A DNA stretch of 40,672 nucleotides. It comes from Nitriliruptoraceae bacterium. GTDB lineage: Bacteria; Actinomycetota; Nitriliruptoria; Nitriliruptorales; Nitriliruptoraceae. The stretch spans positions 1 through 40,672 of the forward strand of contig SKJO01000007.1 of NCBI GenBank assembly GCA_007121975.1, given 5' to 3'. The notes under the pieces were generated by a model. That model was not told the origin of the DNA. It saw only the letters and a list, made by a program, of their open reading frames with translations, and searched no databases. A program made the position numbers and the translations under genes. Below, piece by piece: positions 30,470-38,543 of this stretch. How positions within the stretch are numbered: position 1 is the first letter of the stretch; each line of letters opens with the position of its first letter.

Positions 30470-31414
30470 TCACTCGGCCTGCGCGAAGCGTCGCAGCTCA
30501 CAGCTGTCGCGGCTGAGTACCCAGATCTCGCTGCGGGTGTAGGCGGTCCCGGGTGCGTCCGGGGTCACCAGGGCGAGCACCACCACCGGCTCGCCCTCGA
30601 ACCGGGCGAGCTCGGCGTAGGCGGGGATCGCGGCGGGGTCGGCTGCCAGCACGACCTCGAGGCACCGGGCCAGGGTCTGCCGGGGGTCCTCGGGCACGTC
30701 GGCCAGCTCGTCGGCCAGCTCGTCGGCGAACTCGTCGGCGAACTCGTCGGCGGCATCGTCGGCGAACGCGTCGGGCGCGGCGAGCTCGGCGGCCGGCTCC
30801 TCGCCCATGGCCGCGACCTCGGAGCCGGCCAGCCCGTCGCGCACCTGCGCGGCGAGCTGCTGCCCCGCGACAGGATCCAGCGCCCGCGCCGCCAGGGCGA
30901 GGACAGCCGGGTCCTCGAGCAGCGCGTCGGCGAGGTGCGCGTCGAGTTCGCGGTTCTCGTCGACCACCACCAACGGCCCCGCACCGGCTTCGGGGAGTGG
31001 CGCGTCGGCGGGCTCGCCGGAGCGCTCCATCGCGACGGTGTCCGCGGTGTCCTCGGCGAGGTCGTCACCTCCCAGCAGCAGCACGCCGGTACCGGCCACG
31101 GCCAGGACCGCCGCCGCGGCCGTCGCCGGGAGCCACCGCGGGGTGGGGCGTCGCGTGCGGCGGCGCGGGGCGAGCTCGTCGCGCGCCGAGGTCTGCGCCG
31201 CGAGCTCGGGACCCAACCGGTGGTCGAGCCGGGCGGCCAGGCCGTCCGGCTCGGCCGTGGGCGCCAGGCTCGCCAGCGCCGCGTCGGCCCGCTCCAACGC
31301 CGTCAACTGGCGGGCGAGCTCGGGGTCCGAGGCAAGCGAGCTTCGCACGTGCTCGCTCTGCTCCGGCGTGAGCTCGCCGGCCAGGTAGGCGGCCAGGCGG
31401 TCGACGGGTTCCAC
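30470..31414 (-). CDS. putative anti-sigma factor (single-pass, acidic extracytoplasmic domain)
   Basis: Lies immediately downstream of the ECF sigma gene. The N-terminus MEPVDRLAAYLAGELTPEQSEHVRSSLASDPELARQL resembles an anti-sigma domain. It has a TM (WLPATAAAAVLAVAGTGVLLLGG) and a C-terminal domain with 2 Cys. Confidence 0.7.
   Translation of the reverse strand: MEPVDRLAAYLAGELTPEQSEHVRSSLASDPELARQLTALERADAALASLAPTAEPDGLAARLDHRLGPELAAQTSARDELAPRRRTRRPTPRWLPATAAAAVLAVAGTGVLLLGGDDLAEDTADTVAMERSGEPADAPLPEAGAGPLVVVDENRELDAHLADALLEDPAVLALAARALDPVAGQQLAAQVRDGLAGSEVAAMGEEPAAELAAPDAFADDAADEFADEFADELADELADVPEDPRQTLARCLEVVLAADPAAIPAYAELARFEGEPVVVLALVTPDAPGTAYTRSEIWVLSRDSCELRRFAQAE
30698..30769 (-). 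repeat. 6 x 12-bp in-frame tandem repeat inside the anti-sigma gene (protein ...DDAADEFADEFADELADELAD...)
   Basis: Plus-strand units: gtcggccagctc x2, gtcggcgaactc x2, gtcggcggcatc, gtcggcgaacgc. Confidence 0.9.
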
Positions 31415-31428
31415 TCGACGATCCTCGG

Positions 31429-31472
31429 GGTCGGGGGTCGTACCGGTCGGGTCGGGGGTCGTGTAGGTCGGG
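31429..31472. repeat. GGTCGGG heptamer array, including a 13-nt direct repeat GGTCGGGGGTCGT x2, in the sigma/anti-sigma spacer
   Basis: Exact GGTCGGG occurs at 31429, 31445, 31450 and 31466. Variants GGTCGTA and GGTCGTG occur at 31436 and 31457. The same heptamer is the 3' half of the 13-bp unit upstream of trxB. Confidence 0.6.
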
Positions 31473-31492
31473 TCAGCACTGGTGGGACGAGG

Positions 31493-32044
31493 TCAGGGGC
31501 GTTCTGGTTGCGAGGACTCGGCCAGCAGCTCGCCGAGCCGCAGCCGCGCGCGGGACACGCGGCTCTTGACCGTGCCCACGGGCAGGTCGGTGGCCGCCGC
31601 CGCATCGGCGTAGGACAGTCCCTCCACCGCGACCAGCAGCAGCAGCTGCCGCGATCGCTCGTCGAGTCCGGCCAGGGCGGTGCGCAGCGCATCGGCGGTG
31701 GCGCTGGCTGCGGTGTGGTCCTCGACCGCCGGCTCCTCGACGGCGCGGATCTCGGCGACGGGGGTGGATGGGCGGCGGGCGTCGTGGCGGACCTGGTCAA
31801 TGGACACGTTGCGGGCCACCCGGTACAGCCACGTCGACAGCTTCGCCTCACGGCGGAACCCGCCACCGTTGCGCGCCAGGCGCACGAAGGTCTCCTGGAC
31901 CGCATCCTCGGCGTCCTGGCGGTCACCGAGCACCTGGAAGCAGACCGCGAACAGTCGCCGGCGGTAGCGCCCGACCAGGGTCTTGAACGCCGCTTCGCGC
32001 TCGGCTGCCGGCACCGAGACGTCGAGGTAGCGGGTGAGCAGCAT
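31493..32044 (-). CDS. ECF (group 4) RNA polymerase sigma-70 factor, syntenic with mycobacterial sigM
   Basis: Region 2 DAEDAVQETFVRL...STWLYRVARN and region 4 LSYADAAAATDLPVGTVKSRVSRAR. I trimmed the track ORF (to 32530, overlapping the kinase gene) to ATG 32044. Confidence 0.9.
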   Translation of the reverse strand: MLLTRYLDVSVPAAEREAAFKTLVGRYRRRLFAVCFQVLGDRQDAEDAVQETFVRLARNGGGFRREAKLSTWLYRVARNVSIDQVRHDARRPSTPVAEIRAVEEPAVEDHTAASATADALRTALAGLDERSRQLLLLVAVEGLSYADAAAATDLPVGTVKSRVSRARLRLGELLAESSQPERP

Positions 32045-32085
32045 CTCGTCGGTCCAGCCGGGGCCGGCGGGCTCGGACCCCACGG

Positions 32086-33819
32086 TCAGGACGGTCCGAG
32101 GAAGCGGACGTCCGCGACCTCGGCGAGGTAGCCGTCCGAGGTGAGGGACAGGCCGGTGATCCACAGCAGCCAGTAGCGGCGGGTGATCGGGCTGAACTGG
32201 AAGGGCTGGCTGGTCTGGATGTCGGCCATGGCGGTGCGCGGCTCTCCCCAGCCCTCGAGGTCGTCGGCGTCGGGCAGGTCGTCGCTGGCGTAGAGCTCGA
32301 CGTCCAGGCCCCCGCGCACCAACTCGATGACGATGGCCCGGACCTCCGCGGGTTCGCCCAGGTCGAAGACCAGCCCGATGCCGTCGCGGTCCGCGTCGAG
32401 GTCGCGCTCGGGGAACAGCGGTGAGGACCACGCGGTCTGCGGAGCGCCGTCGATGGCCAGCTCCGCTTCCGGGGCGGCCTCGAGCAGATCGGCCGCGGGG
32501 TCGAGGACCAGAGCCTGCTCCACCCGCCACTGCACCGCTTCGGGGGCGGGGGCGGCCTCCTCCTCCTGCAGCGCCTGGGTCGCGAACCAGGCCACCAGCG
32601 CGAGCACGATCCCGCCGAGGAAGGCGAACAGCAGCCGCTGGGCGTACTCCCGACGGGTGGTCGGCAGCGGGCCGCTCAGCGGTCGCTGCTCGAGGTCGTC
32701 GACCAGCGGCTCGCGCCCCTCGACGTCGTCGAGCAGCATCGCGGTGAGCTCGCTGGGCTTGGCGGTCACGCCCGGCGCCAGCGCGGCGGCCATCGCCGCG
32801 CCGTCGGGGTAGCGGTCAGCCTGGTCACGGCGGGTGGCGCGCACCACCACATCGTCGAGGAAGCGGGGAATGTCGGCCCGCACCTGCCGAGGTGGCAGCA
32901 GTTCGTGCGTCAGGCGCATGGCCGCGGTCGCGGTGGGCGTGTCCCCGCTGAAGGCGGACCGACCGGTGAGGCACTCGTAGAGCACCACGCCGAGCGCGTA
33001 GATGTCAGCCCGGCCGTCGACGTTCTCGTCCTGCAGCTGCTCGGGGGCGACGTAGGCGGCCGTGCCCACGACCGTGCCCGGCTTGGTCAGGGTGGCGTCC
33101 GCGCCCGACAGCGCCTTGGCGATCCCGAAATCGGTCACCTTCACGGTGCCGTCGGCGGCCAGCAGGATGTTGGCGGGCTTGACGTCACGGTGCACCAGCC
33201 CGTGGGCGTGCGCCGCGCCCAGCGCGGACGCGACCTGCTCCCCGATGGCCGCGACCACGGCCGGCTCGAGCGGCTCCTCACGCTTGAGCACCTGGCGCAG
33301 GCTGGGCCCGTCGACGTGCTCCATCACCAGGAAGACCAGCTCCCCGTCCTGCCCGGTGTCGTAGATGCGCACGGCATTGGGGTGGCTGAGCTGCGCCGCG
33401 GCGCGCGACTCGCGCTCGAAGCGCTCGACGACGGTCGGGTCGGTCGCGTGGTGGGGGTGCAGCAGCTTGATGGCGACGGTCCGTGACAGGTTCTGGTCGA
33501 AGGCGCGCCACACGATCGCGGCACCCCCCGACGCGATCGGTTCCTCCAGCAGGTAGCGCTCCGCGAGGTGGGAGCGGTCGGGCCAGGGGCGCGGGCCGGC
33601 GTCGGGTTCCGGCTCGGGTTCCGGCTCGGGCTCCGGCTCGGGTTCCGGGTCCGTCGCACCGAGCGGATCGGCGAGTTGCTCGCCCTCGTCGCCGACGAGC
33701 GTCGGGGCGTCGTCGCGCGCGGGCGCCGGCTCGGATCCGGAGACCGGATCGGCTGGGGTCGCGGCGCTGCCCTCCTCGGATCGTGGGTCCACGGTGGTCT
33801 CAGGACTGCCAGGCGACAC
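32086..33819 (-). CDS. transmembrane Ser/Thr protein kinase with C-terminal extracytoplasmic domain
   Basis: Hanks-type motifs are all present: [31 protein letters not shown] disordered N-terminus is followed by the kinase domain, a TM ([18 protein letters not shown]) and an ectodomain of about 170 aa ([12 protein letters not shown]...YWLLWITGL...VADVRFLG). The start is uncertain (GTG 33819 or GTG 33792). Confidence 0.9.
   Translation of the reverse strand: MSPGSPETTVDPRSEEGSAATPADPVSGSEPAPARDDAPTLVGDEGEQLADPLGATDPEPEPEPEPEPEPEPDAGPRPWPDRSHLAERYLLEEPIASGGAAIVWRAFDQNLSRTVAIKLLHPHHATDPTVVERFERESRAAAQLSHPNAVRIYDTGQDGELVFLVMEHVDGPSLRQVLKREEPLEPAVVAAIGEQVASALGAAHAHGLVHRDVKPANILLAADGTVKVTDFGIAKALSGADATLTKPGTVVGTAAYVAPEQLQDENVDGRADIYALGVVLYECLTGRSAFSGDTPTATAAMRLTHELLPPRQVRADIPRFLDDVVVRATRRDQADRYPDGAAMAAALAPGVTAKPSELTAMLLDDVEGREPLVDDLEQRPLSGPLPTTRREYAQRLLFAFLGGIVLALVAWFATQALQEEEAAPAPEAVQWRVEQALVLDPAADLLEAAPEAELAIDGAPQTAWSSPLFPERDLDADRDGIGLVFDLGEPAEVRAIVIELVRGGLDVELYASDDLPDADDLEGWGEPRTAMADIQTSQPFQFSPITRRYWLLWITGLSLTSDGYLAEVADVRFLGPS
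33604..33651 (-). repeat. 4 x 12-bp in-frame repeat encoding (PE)n in the kinase N-terminus
   Basis: Plus-strand units gggttccggctc x2, gggctccggctc and gggttccgggtc. The protein reads [17 protein letters not shown]. Confidence 0.9.
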
Positions 33820-34177
33820 GCGTGGTCACCGAGGCCACGGTCAGATCCTCGAGCGGACCGATGCGATGGGTCAGAAGGGTCGGGGCCTGCCGCTGCAGGG
33901 TGATCACCAGATCGTCTCCCTCGTCCTCGAGCGCAACCACCTCGGCGTCATGCAGGTCGGCCACGGCGACGGCGGCCTCGGTCGCCGCCTCCACCGACTG
34001 ATCGGAACGGTAGGCGTCGCGCGCGGCGCGCGCGACCTCGCGGGCGTTGTCGTCGAGCGCGACGGTGGTCACCCCGATGGAGATGACCTCGTAGGCGATG
34101 AAGGCGAGCACGGCCACGGTGAGCAGCATCTTGAACAGCCACCCGGTGATGATCTCGCCACGTTCGGGGTGGTGCAT
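33800..34177 (-). CDS. single-TM protein (125 aa), unknown function
   Basis: ATG 34177 is preceded by AGGAGG with a 7-nt spacer. The product is [36 protein letters not shown]... followed by a soluble acidic domain. Its 3' end overlaps the longest kinase start by 20 nt. Confidence 0.6.
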   Translation of the reverse strand: MHHPERGEIITGWLFKMLLTVAVLAFIAYEVISIGVTTVALDDNAREVARAARDAYRSDQSVEAATEAAVAVADLHDAEVVALEDEGDDLVITLQRQAPTLLTHRIGPLEDLTVASVTTRVAWQS

Positions 34178-34248
34178 GTCCCCGCCTCCTTGCGCGCCCT
34201 GCGCGTCACGTTCCGCCACACGGTACGCCCTCGCGGCGTCACCTGGCG

Positions 34249-36411
34249 TCAGACGACCTCGAGCCGTGGACGGCGCCGCTGCCGGCGACCGCGCACCGAC
34301 CCGGCCAGCAGCAGGGCGGCCACCACCCCGGCCGTCAGCATCAGCGCCACCCCGGACACGGCGGTGGAGCGCACCGAGATCGTGGCGCGGTCGAGTTCCT
34401 GGCCGCCGGCGATGACCCGCACGGTGACCGGCACGGTCCCGGTCGAGCGCGCCTGGGTCGCGAACGACAGCGTCCGTGTCGCCCCTTCCTCGAGCACGAA
34501 GGGTTCGGATCGTCGCCCGTCGGGCCAGACCAGCCGGCCGGGCGAGGTCACCTCGACCTCCACGGTCAGCGGGCCGCCCCGGGTCCGCTGGACGGTCACC
34601 GGAACCTCGCCGCTGTCGGCGGTGAGCGTCACCTGCGCCCCGCCGATCACCTCGACCTCGCCCAAGCGTCGGTCGAGGTCCTGGGCGACGTCGCGCACGA
34701 GCGCCTCGGCCTCACCGCCGGGCATGCCCGTGAACTCCTCCGAGGTCGAGCGCAGCAGTTGATCGCGCAGGACCCCGACCGGACGCTGGTCGTCGGAAGG
34801 TTGGTCGGGAGGCAGGTCGGAGGGTCGGGAAGCGCGGTAGGCCTCGAGGTCGCGCAGTGCGTCGGCGAGCGCGTCGAGCACCTCGGGGGCGCGCGGGGGT
34901 CGGTCGGGGTCCTCGGCGAAGCTCACCGTGGTGCCGCGGTCGCGCGCCCGGGTGGCCAGGGTGGCCGGGTCGACCAGCTCGAGCCAGGGCAGCTCGGGGA
35001 CCTCGGCGATCAGCGCGGTGGCCAGGTCCGGCCCGGGGTCGAACGACGCCGGGGGCAGGATCAGCAGCGCCCGCGCCGGATCGTCCGGGTTCTCCAGCGC
35101 GCACAGCGCGGTGTGGGCGATGACCTGCTGGACGTCGAGCACGGCACCTGCCGGTGTCCGCGTGCTCAGCGCCGCGGTCAGCACCGGGTCGCCGACCAGC
35201 CCCGTCAGCAAACGGCCGGTGGCGCTGCGCACCGGGCGCACCGTTTCATGCTGGGCGGCGTCATCGACCACGTCGGCGGGCAGCAGCAGCACGTCGCCCG
35301 GCAGCACCTCGACGGCGGCGGGGTCGATCCGTGCACCCACGAGGTGTGCGGCGCCGTCGACGCGCCGGTCGAGCAGCGTGGGAGCGCGGCGACGTGCGTC
35401 GGTGGCCGCCTCGCCCGCCAGGTCCCGCAGGATCGGCTCGCCGCCGGTCAGCGCGACCAGGTCGGCGTGGGCGTAGGCGCCCACGACCGGCGCGAAGGGC
35501 AGGGTGGCGGTCACGGCCCGGATGCGCTGGAGCAGGTCGTTGGAGGCGCGCGCCTCGCGGTCCTCGGGCTCCACGACGTGGCGTTCGAGGCTCCCGTCCG
35601 GCTGGCGTCCCAGCACCACGAAGCCATCGGCACGGTCGAGCAGGTCCTCGACCACGTGCACGGCCGGCGCCAGCACCACGGGGGACTCGGGGCGCGCCTC
35701 GAGGGCACGCAGCAGCACGTCGAGTCGTCCACCCGGACGCGTGGACCGGTCCACCTCGAGCGGGTAGGCCCCGTCGACCGTGCGCCAGAGCGCGTCGTCC
35801 AGTGGCCAGACCAGGGTCGTGGGCAGCGGGTCCGTGGGCCGCTGCGCGACGTGGACCACGGCGGTGACCACCTCGTCGAGGATGCGGGCGCCGCGCAGCA
35901 CCGCGATTCTCACCGGGTGCACGCTGGTGGTCCCGGGCCAGGCGACCTCGGCCGGGCCGAAGGATGCGGCCACACCGCCGAGGTCGCCGGGCGGCAGCAG
36001 TCCCCCGTCGCGCAGGTCGTGGCCCTGCACGGCCAGCGGCGCAGAGGTGAGCGGGCCCTGCAGCGCCCGTTCGAGCTCGCCCCGGTCGGCGACGGCGGGG
36101 TGGACCTCCACGACCACGCGCAGTTGGCCGATCTGGCGCTGACCGGTGTTCTCGACCAGCACCCGCACGCCGAGGTCGAGGTCGCGTTGCGCGGCCGCGG
36201 GGTGGCTGCCCGGTCCGATCACCCCGGTGAGGTCGGACACGATCAGCGCCGCCTGCTCGGCGGTGTCGGACCCCACGGTGTCGGACCCCACGGTGTCGTC
36301 GGACCGGGCCGGAGCAGCGGCGCCCCCCGAGAGCACGCTGAGGGCCGCGACCGCCACGAGCACGAGCGCGACGGCGCGGGCGGTCCGCCTCGTGCGCCCC
36401 GTCCGGCTCAC
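34249..36411 (-). CDS. large exported protein with C-terminal membrane anchor (Rv3909-like by position and architecture; DUF6049-type from memory)
   Basis: GTG 36411 overlaps the NUDIX stop (GTGA). It has a signal peptide (RTARAVALVLVAVAALSVLSGGAAAPA), a C-terminal TM (VSGVALMLTAGVVAALLLAG) and a basic tail RGRRQRRRPR. The 954-aa track ORF is over-extended across the NUDIX gene. Confidence 0.8.
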   Translation of the reverse strand: MSRTGRTRRTARAVALVLVAVAALSVLSGGAAAPARSDDTVGSDTVGSDTAEQAALIVSDLTGVIGPGSHPAAAQRDLDLGVRVLVENTGQRQIGQLRVVVEVHPAVADRGELERALQGPLTSAPLAVQGHDLRDGGLLPPGDLGGVAASFGPAEVAWPGTTSVHPVRIAVLRGARILDEVVTAVVHVAQRPTDPLPTTLVWPLDDALWRTVDGAYPLEVDRSTRPGGRLDVLLRALEARPESPVVLAPAVHVVEDLLDRADGFVVLGRQPDGSLERHVVEPEDREARASNDLLQRIRAVTATLPFAPVVGAYAHADLVALTGGEPILRDLAGEAATDARRRAPTLLDRRVDGAAHLVGARIDPAAVEVLPGDVLLLPADVVDDAAQHETVRPVRSATGRLLTGLVGDPVLTAALSTRTPAGAVLDVQQVIAHTALCALENPDDPARALLILPPASFDPGPDLATALIAEVPELPWLELVDPATLATRARDRGTTVSFAEDPDRPPRAPEVLDALADALRDLEAYRASRPSDLPPDQPSDDQRPVGVLRDQLLRSTSEEFTGMPGGEAEALVRDVAQDLDRRLGEVEVIGGAQVTLTADSGEVPVTVQRTRGGPLTVEVEVTSPGRLVWPDGRRSEPFVLEEGATRTLSFATQARSTGTVPVTVRVIAGGQELDRATISVRSTAVSGVALMLTAGVVAALLLAGSVRGRRQRRRPRLEVV
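36262..36291 (-). repeat. exact 15-bp tandem duplication (protein SDTVG-SDTVG) just after the signal peptide
   Basis: ggtgtcggaccccac occurs twice on the plus strand, followed by a partial third copy. Confidence 0.85.
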
Positions 36412-36878
36412 CGCTCGGTGCGCACGTCCACGGGCGTCGCCGCCCGCCGTGTGGCGAGCTCCACCAGCCGGCGCTCGTTGCGGTGCGCGAGGCGGACCAG
36501 CGCGATGTCTGAGGGGACCCATTCGACCTGCTCCGCCTCGTCGTCGTGCTCTCCGGCCGGTTGCCCGTCCCACCACATCAGGTAGTAGTGCACGTACTTG
36601 TGGTACCGGACGCGATCGGGCCGCCAGACGAACCAGTAGTCGATGGTGCCGAGCAGTTGGCCGATCACCGCGCCATGCCCGGTCTCCTCGCGCACCTCGC
36701 GCAGGGCAGCCTGCTGCTCGGTCTCGCCGGGCTCGATGCCGCCCTTGGGCAGCGTCCACTGCGGCTTGCCGGCAGCGTTGCGACGGGCGATCAGCAGCAC
36801 CCAGCGGCGACCGTCGCCTCGGTCGTCGCAGACCACGCCACCGGCGGAGGTGGCCCGTCGCGTCGGGTACCTGGGCAT
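36408..36878 (-). CDS. NUDIX hydrolase (MutT4-like by synteny)
   Basis: Nudix box GGIEPGETEQQAALREVREETG. I trimmed to ATG 36878 (MPRYPTRRATSAGGVV). The track start 36953 would overlap the divergent dtd start. Confidence 0.85.
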   Translation of the reverse strand: MPRYPTRRATSAGGVVCDDRGDGRRWVLLIARRNAAGKPQWTLPKGGIEPGETEQQAALREVREETGHGAVIGQLLGTIDYWFVWRPDRVRYHKYVHYYLMWWDGQPAGEHDDEAEQVEWVPSDIALVRLAHRNERRLVELATRRAATPVDVRTER

Positions 36879-36943
36879 GGTGGCAGGGTAGCGTCCGGGC
36901 CCCGGTCCGCCCCTGTCGCCGGGCCGACACCGAGGAGCCGTCC

Positions 36944-37408
36944 ATGCGGGCACTGGTGCAGCGTGCCGCCAGCGGTTGGGTGCGGGTCGAGCAGCCCGGA
37001 CCCGACGGGCAGCGCACGTGGGTCGAGACCGGCCGGATCGGTCCGGGCCTGGTCGTGTTGCTCGGGGTGACCCACGACGACGAGGCGACGTGCGCTGAGC
37101 GCATGGCGCACAAGCTGTGGCACCTGCGCGTGTTCGCCGACGAGAACGGCGCGATGAACCGTAGCTGTGCCGAGGTCGGCGGTGAGCTGCTGGTGGTGAG
37201 TCAGTTCACCCTCTACGGCGACACCCGCAAGGGCCGGCGGCCCTCGTACGTCGCCGCGGCCCGGCCCGAGCAGGCCGAGCCGATCGTCGACGCGGTGGTC
37301 GACCACCTGCGTGCGCTGGGTGCGCTGGTGGCAACCGGTCGGTTCGGTGCGATGATGCAGGTCGGGCTCGTCAACGATGGTCCGGTTACGCTGTGGGTGG
37401 AGCTGTGA
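36944..37408 (+). CDS. dtd: D-aminoacyl-tRNA deacylase
   Basis: 154 aa, MRALVQRA...VVLLGV...SQFTLYGD...NDGPVTLWVEL. ATG 36944 is preceded by GGAG with a 6-nt spacer. The track ORF is over-extended back to 36146. Confidence 0.92.
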   Translation: MRALVQRAASGWVRVEQPGPDGQRTWVETGRIGPGLVVLLGVTHDDEATCAERMAHKLWHLRVFADENGAMNRSCAEVGGELLVVSQFTLYGDTRKGRRPSYVAAARPEQAEPIVDAVVDHLRALGALVATGRFGAMMQVGLVNDGPVTLWVEL

Positions 37409-37457
37409 CCGAGGCACGCAGCTGGGGTACCGCCGGTCCGGGCACAGGAGGTTCACG

Positions 37458-38540
37458 GTGGACAGCGTCGATCGCTACCTGCAACTGCTGGTCGAGTCGG
37501 GCGGCTCGGACCTGCACCTGAAGGCCGGGGGTCCGGCCTACGTGCGGGTCGACGGTGACCTCAAGCCGGTCACCCACCTGCCGCCGCTGTCCCCGTCGGA
37601 CACCGAGTCGTTCGCCTACGCCATGATGGACACCCGCGCGGTCGCCCGTTTCGAGGAGTCCCGGGAGGCCGACTTCGCCTACTCGCTGGCCGGCGTCGGG
37701 CGCTTCCGCGTCAACGCCTTCCGGCAGCGGGGCACCGTCGGGGTCGTGTGCCGGCGCGTGCTGCCGAGCTCGCAGACCTTCGAGGAGCTCGGGCTGCCGC
37801 CCTCGGTGCGCACCCTGGCCGAGGAGCACCGCGGGCTGGTGCTGGTCACCGGCCCGACGGGTTCGGGCAAGACGACCACCACCGCGGCCATGCTCAACCA
37901 CATCAACCGCACCCGGCGCTGCCACATCGTCACGATCGAGGACCCGATCGAGGTCATGCACCGCGACGACAACGCGATCATCGACCAGCGCGAGATCGGG
38001 GTCGACACCGACGACTTCGCGACCGCGCTCAAGGCGGTCTCCCGGCAGGATCCCGACGTGATCTTCATCGGGGAGATGCGTGACCTCGAGACCGTCTCTG
38101 CGGCGCTGCAGGCGGCCGAGACCGGTCACATGGTCATCTCCACGCTGCACACCACCGACGCGCGCGAGACCATCAACCGAGTGGTGGACCTCTACCCCAA
38201 GGAGCAGCAGGCACAGGCCCGGCTGTCGCTCGCGAACTCGCTGAAGGGGATCGTCTGCCAGCGGCTCGCCCCGCGGTCCACCGGTGACGGTCGGGTCGCG
38301 GTCGTCGAGGTGATGGTCATGACCACGAGGTTCTACGAGTTCCTCACCGACCCCGCCCAGCTCGTCCACATCGAGGATGCGATCGCCGAGGGCTCCTACT
38401 ACGGCATGCAGACCTTCGACCAGCACCTGCTGCAGCTGTACGCCGACGGCATCGTGTCGCTGCGCGATGCCCTGTCGACCGCGACCAACCCCCACGACTT
38501 CCGGGTCGCGCTGCGCAGTGCCGGACTGGCCACGGCCTGA
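37458..38540 (+). CDS. pilT: PilT/PilU-family type IV pilus retraction-type ATPase
   Basis: Walker A GPTGSGKTTT, Walker B/Asp box DVIFIGEMRD and His box ETGHMVISTLHT, plus GMQTFDQ. GTG 37458 is preceded by AGGAGG with a 6-nt spacer. Confidence 0.88.
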   Translation: MDSVDRYLQLLVESGGSDLHLKAGGPAYVRVDGDLKPVTHLPPLSPSDTESFAYAMMDTRAVARFEESREADFAYSLAGVGRFRVNAFRQRGTVGVVCRRVLPSSQTFEELGLPPSVRTLAEEHRGLVLVTGPTGSGKTTTTAAMLNHINRTRRCHIVTIEDPIEVMHRDDNAIIDQREIGVDTDDFATALKAVSRQDPDVIFIGEMRDLETVSAALQAAETGHMVISTLHTTDARETINRVVDLYPKEQQAQARLSLANSLKGIVCQRLAPRSTGDGRVAVVEVMVMTTRFYEFLTDPAQLVHIEDAIAEGSYYGMQTFDQHLLQLYADGIVSLRDALSTATNPHDFRVALRSAGLATA

Positions 38541-38543
38541 GCC

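Noticed and set aside
21489-36878. Long run of minus-strand genes to the right of the origin, transcribed towards oriC (head-on), considered as evidence of an inversion
   Set aside because: The same relative orientation of the cwlM-trx-sigma-kinase block with respect to parB and rpmH exists in the Mycobacterium map. It therefore appears ancestral, not a local rearrangement.
36412-37113. N-terminal extension of the large exported protein to 954 aa
   Set aside because: It overlaps the NUDIX gene and the dtd start in other frames, and the extension is Arg-rich. A GTGA overlap with the NUDIX stop, followed by a textbook signal peptide, marks the real start.
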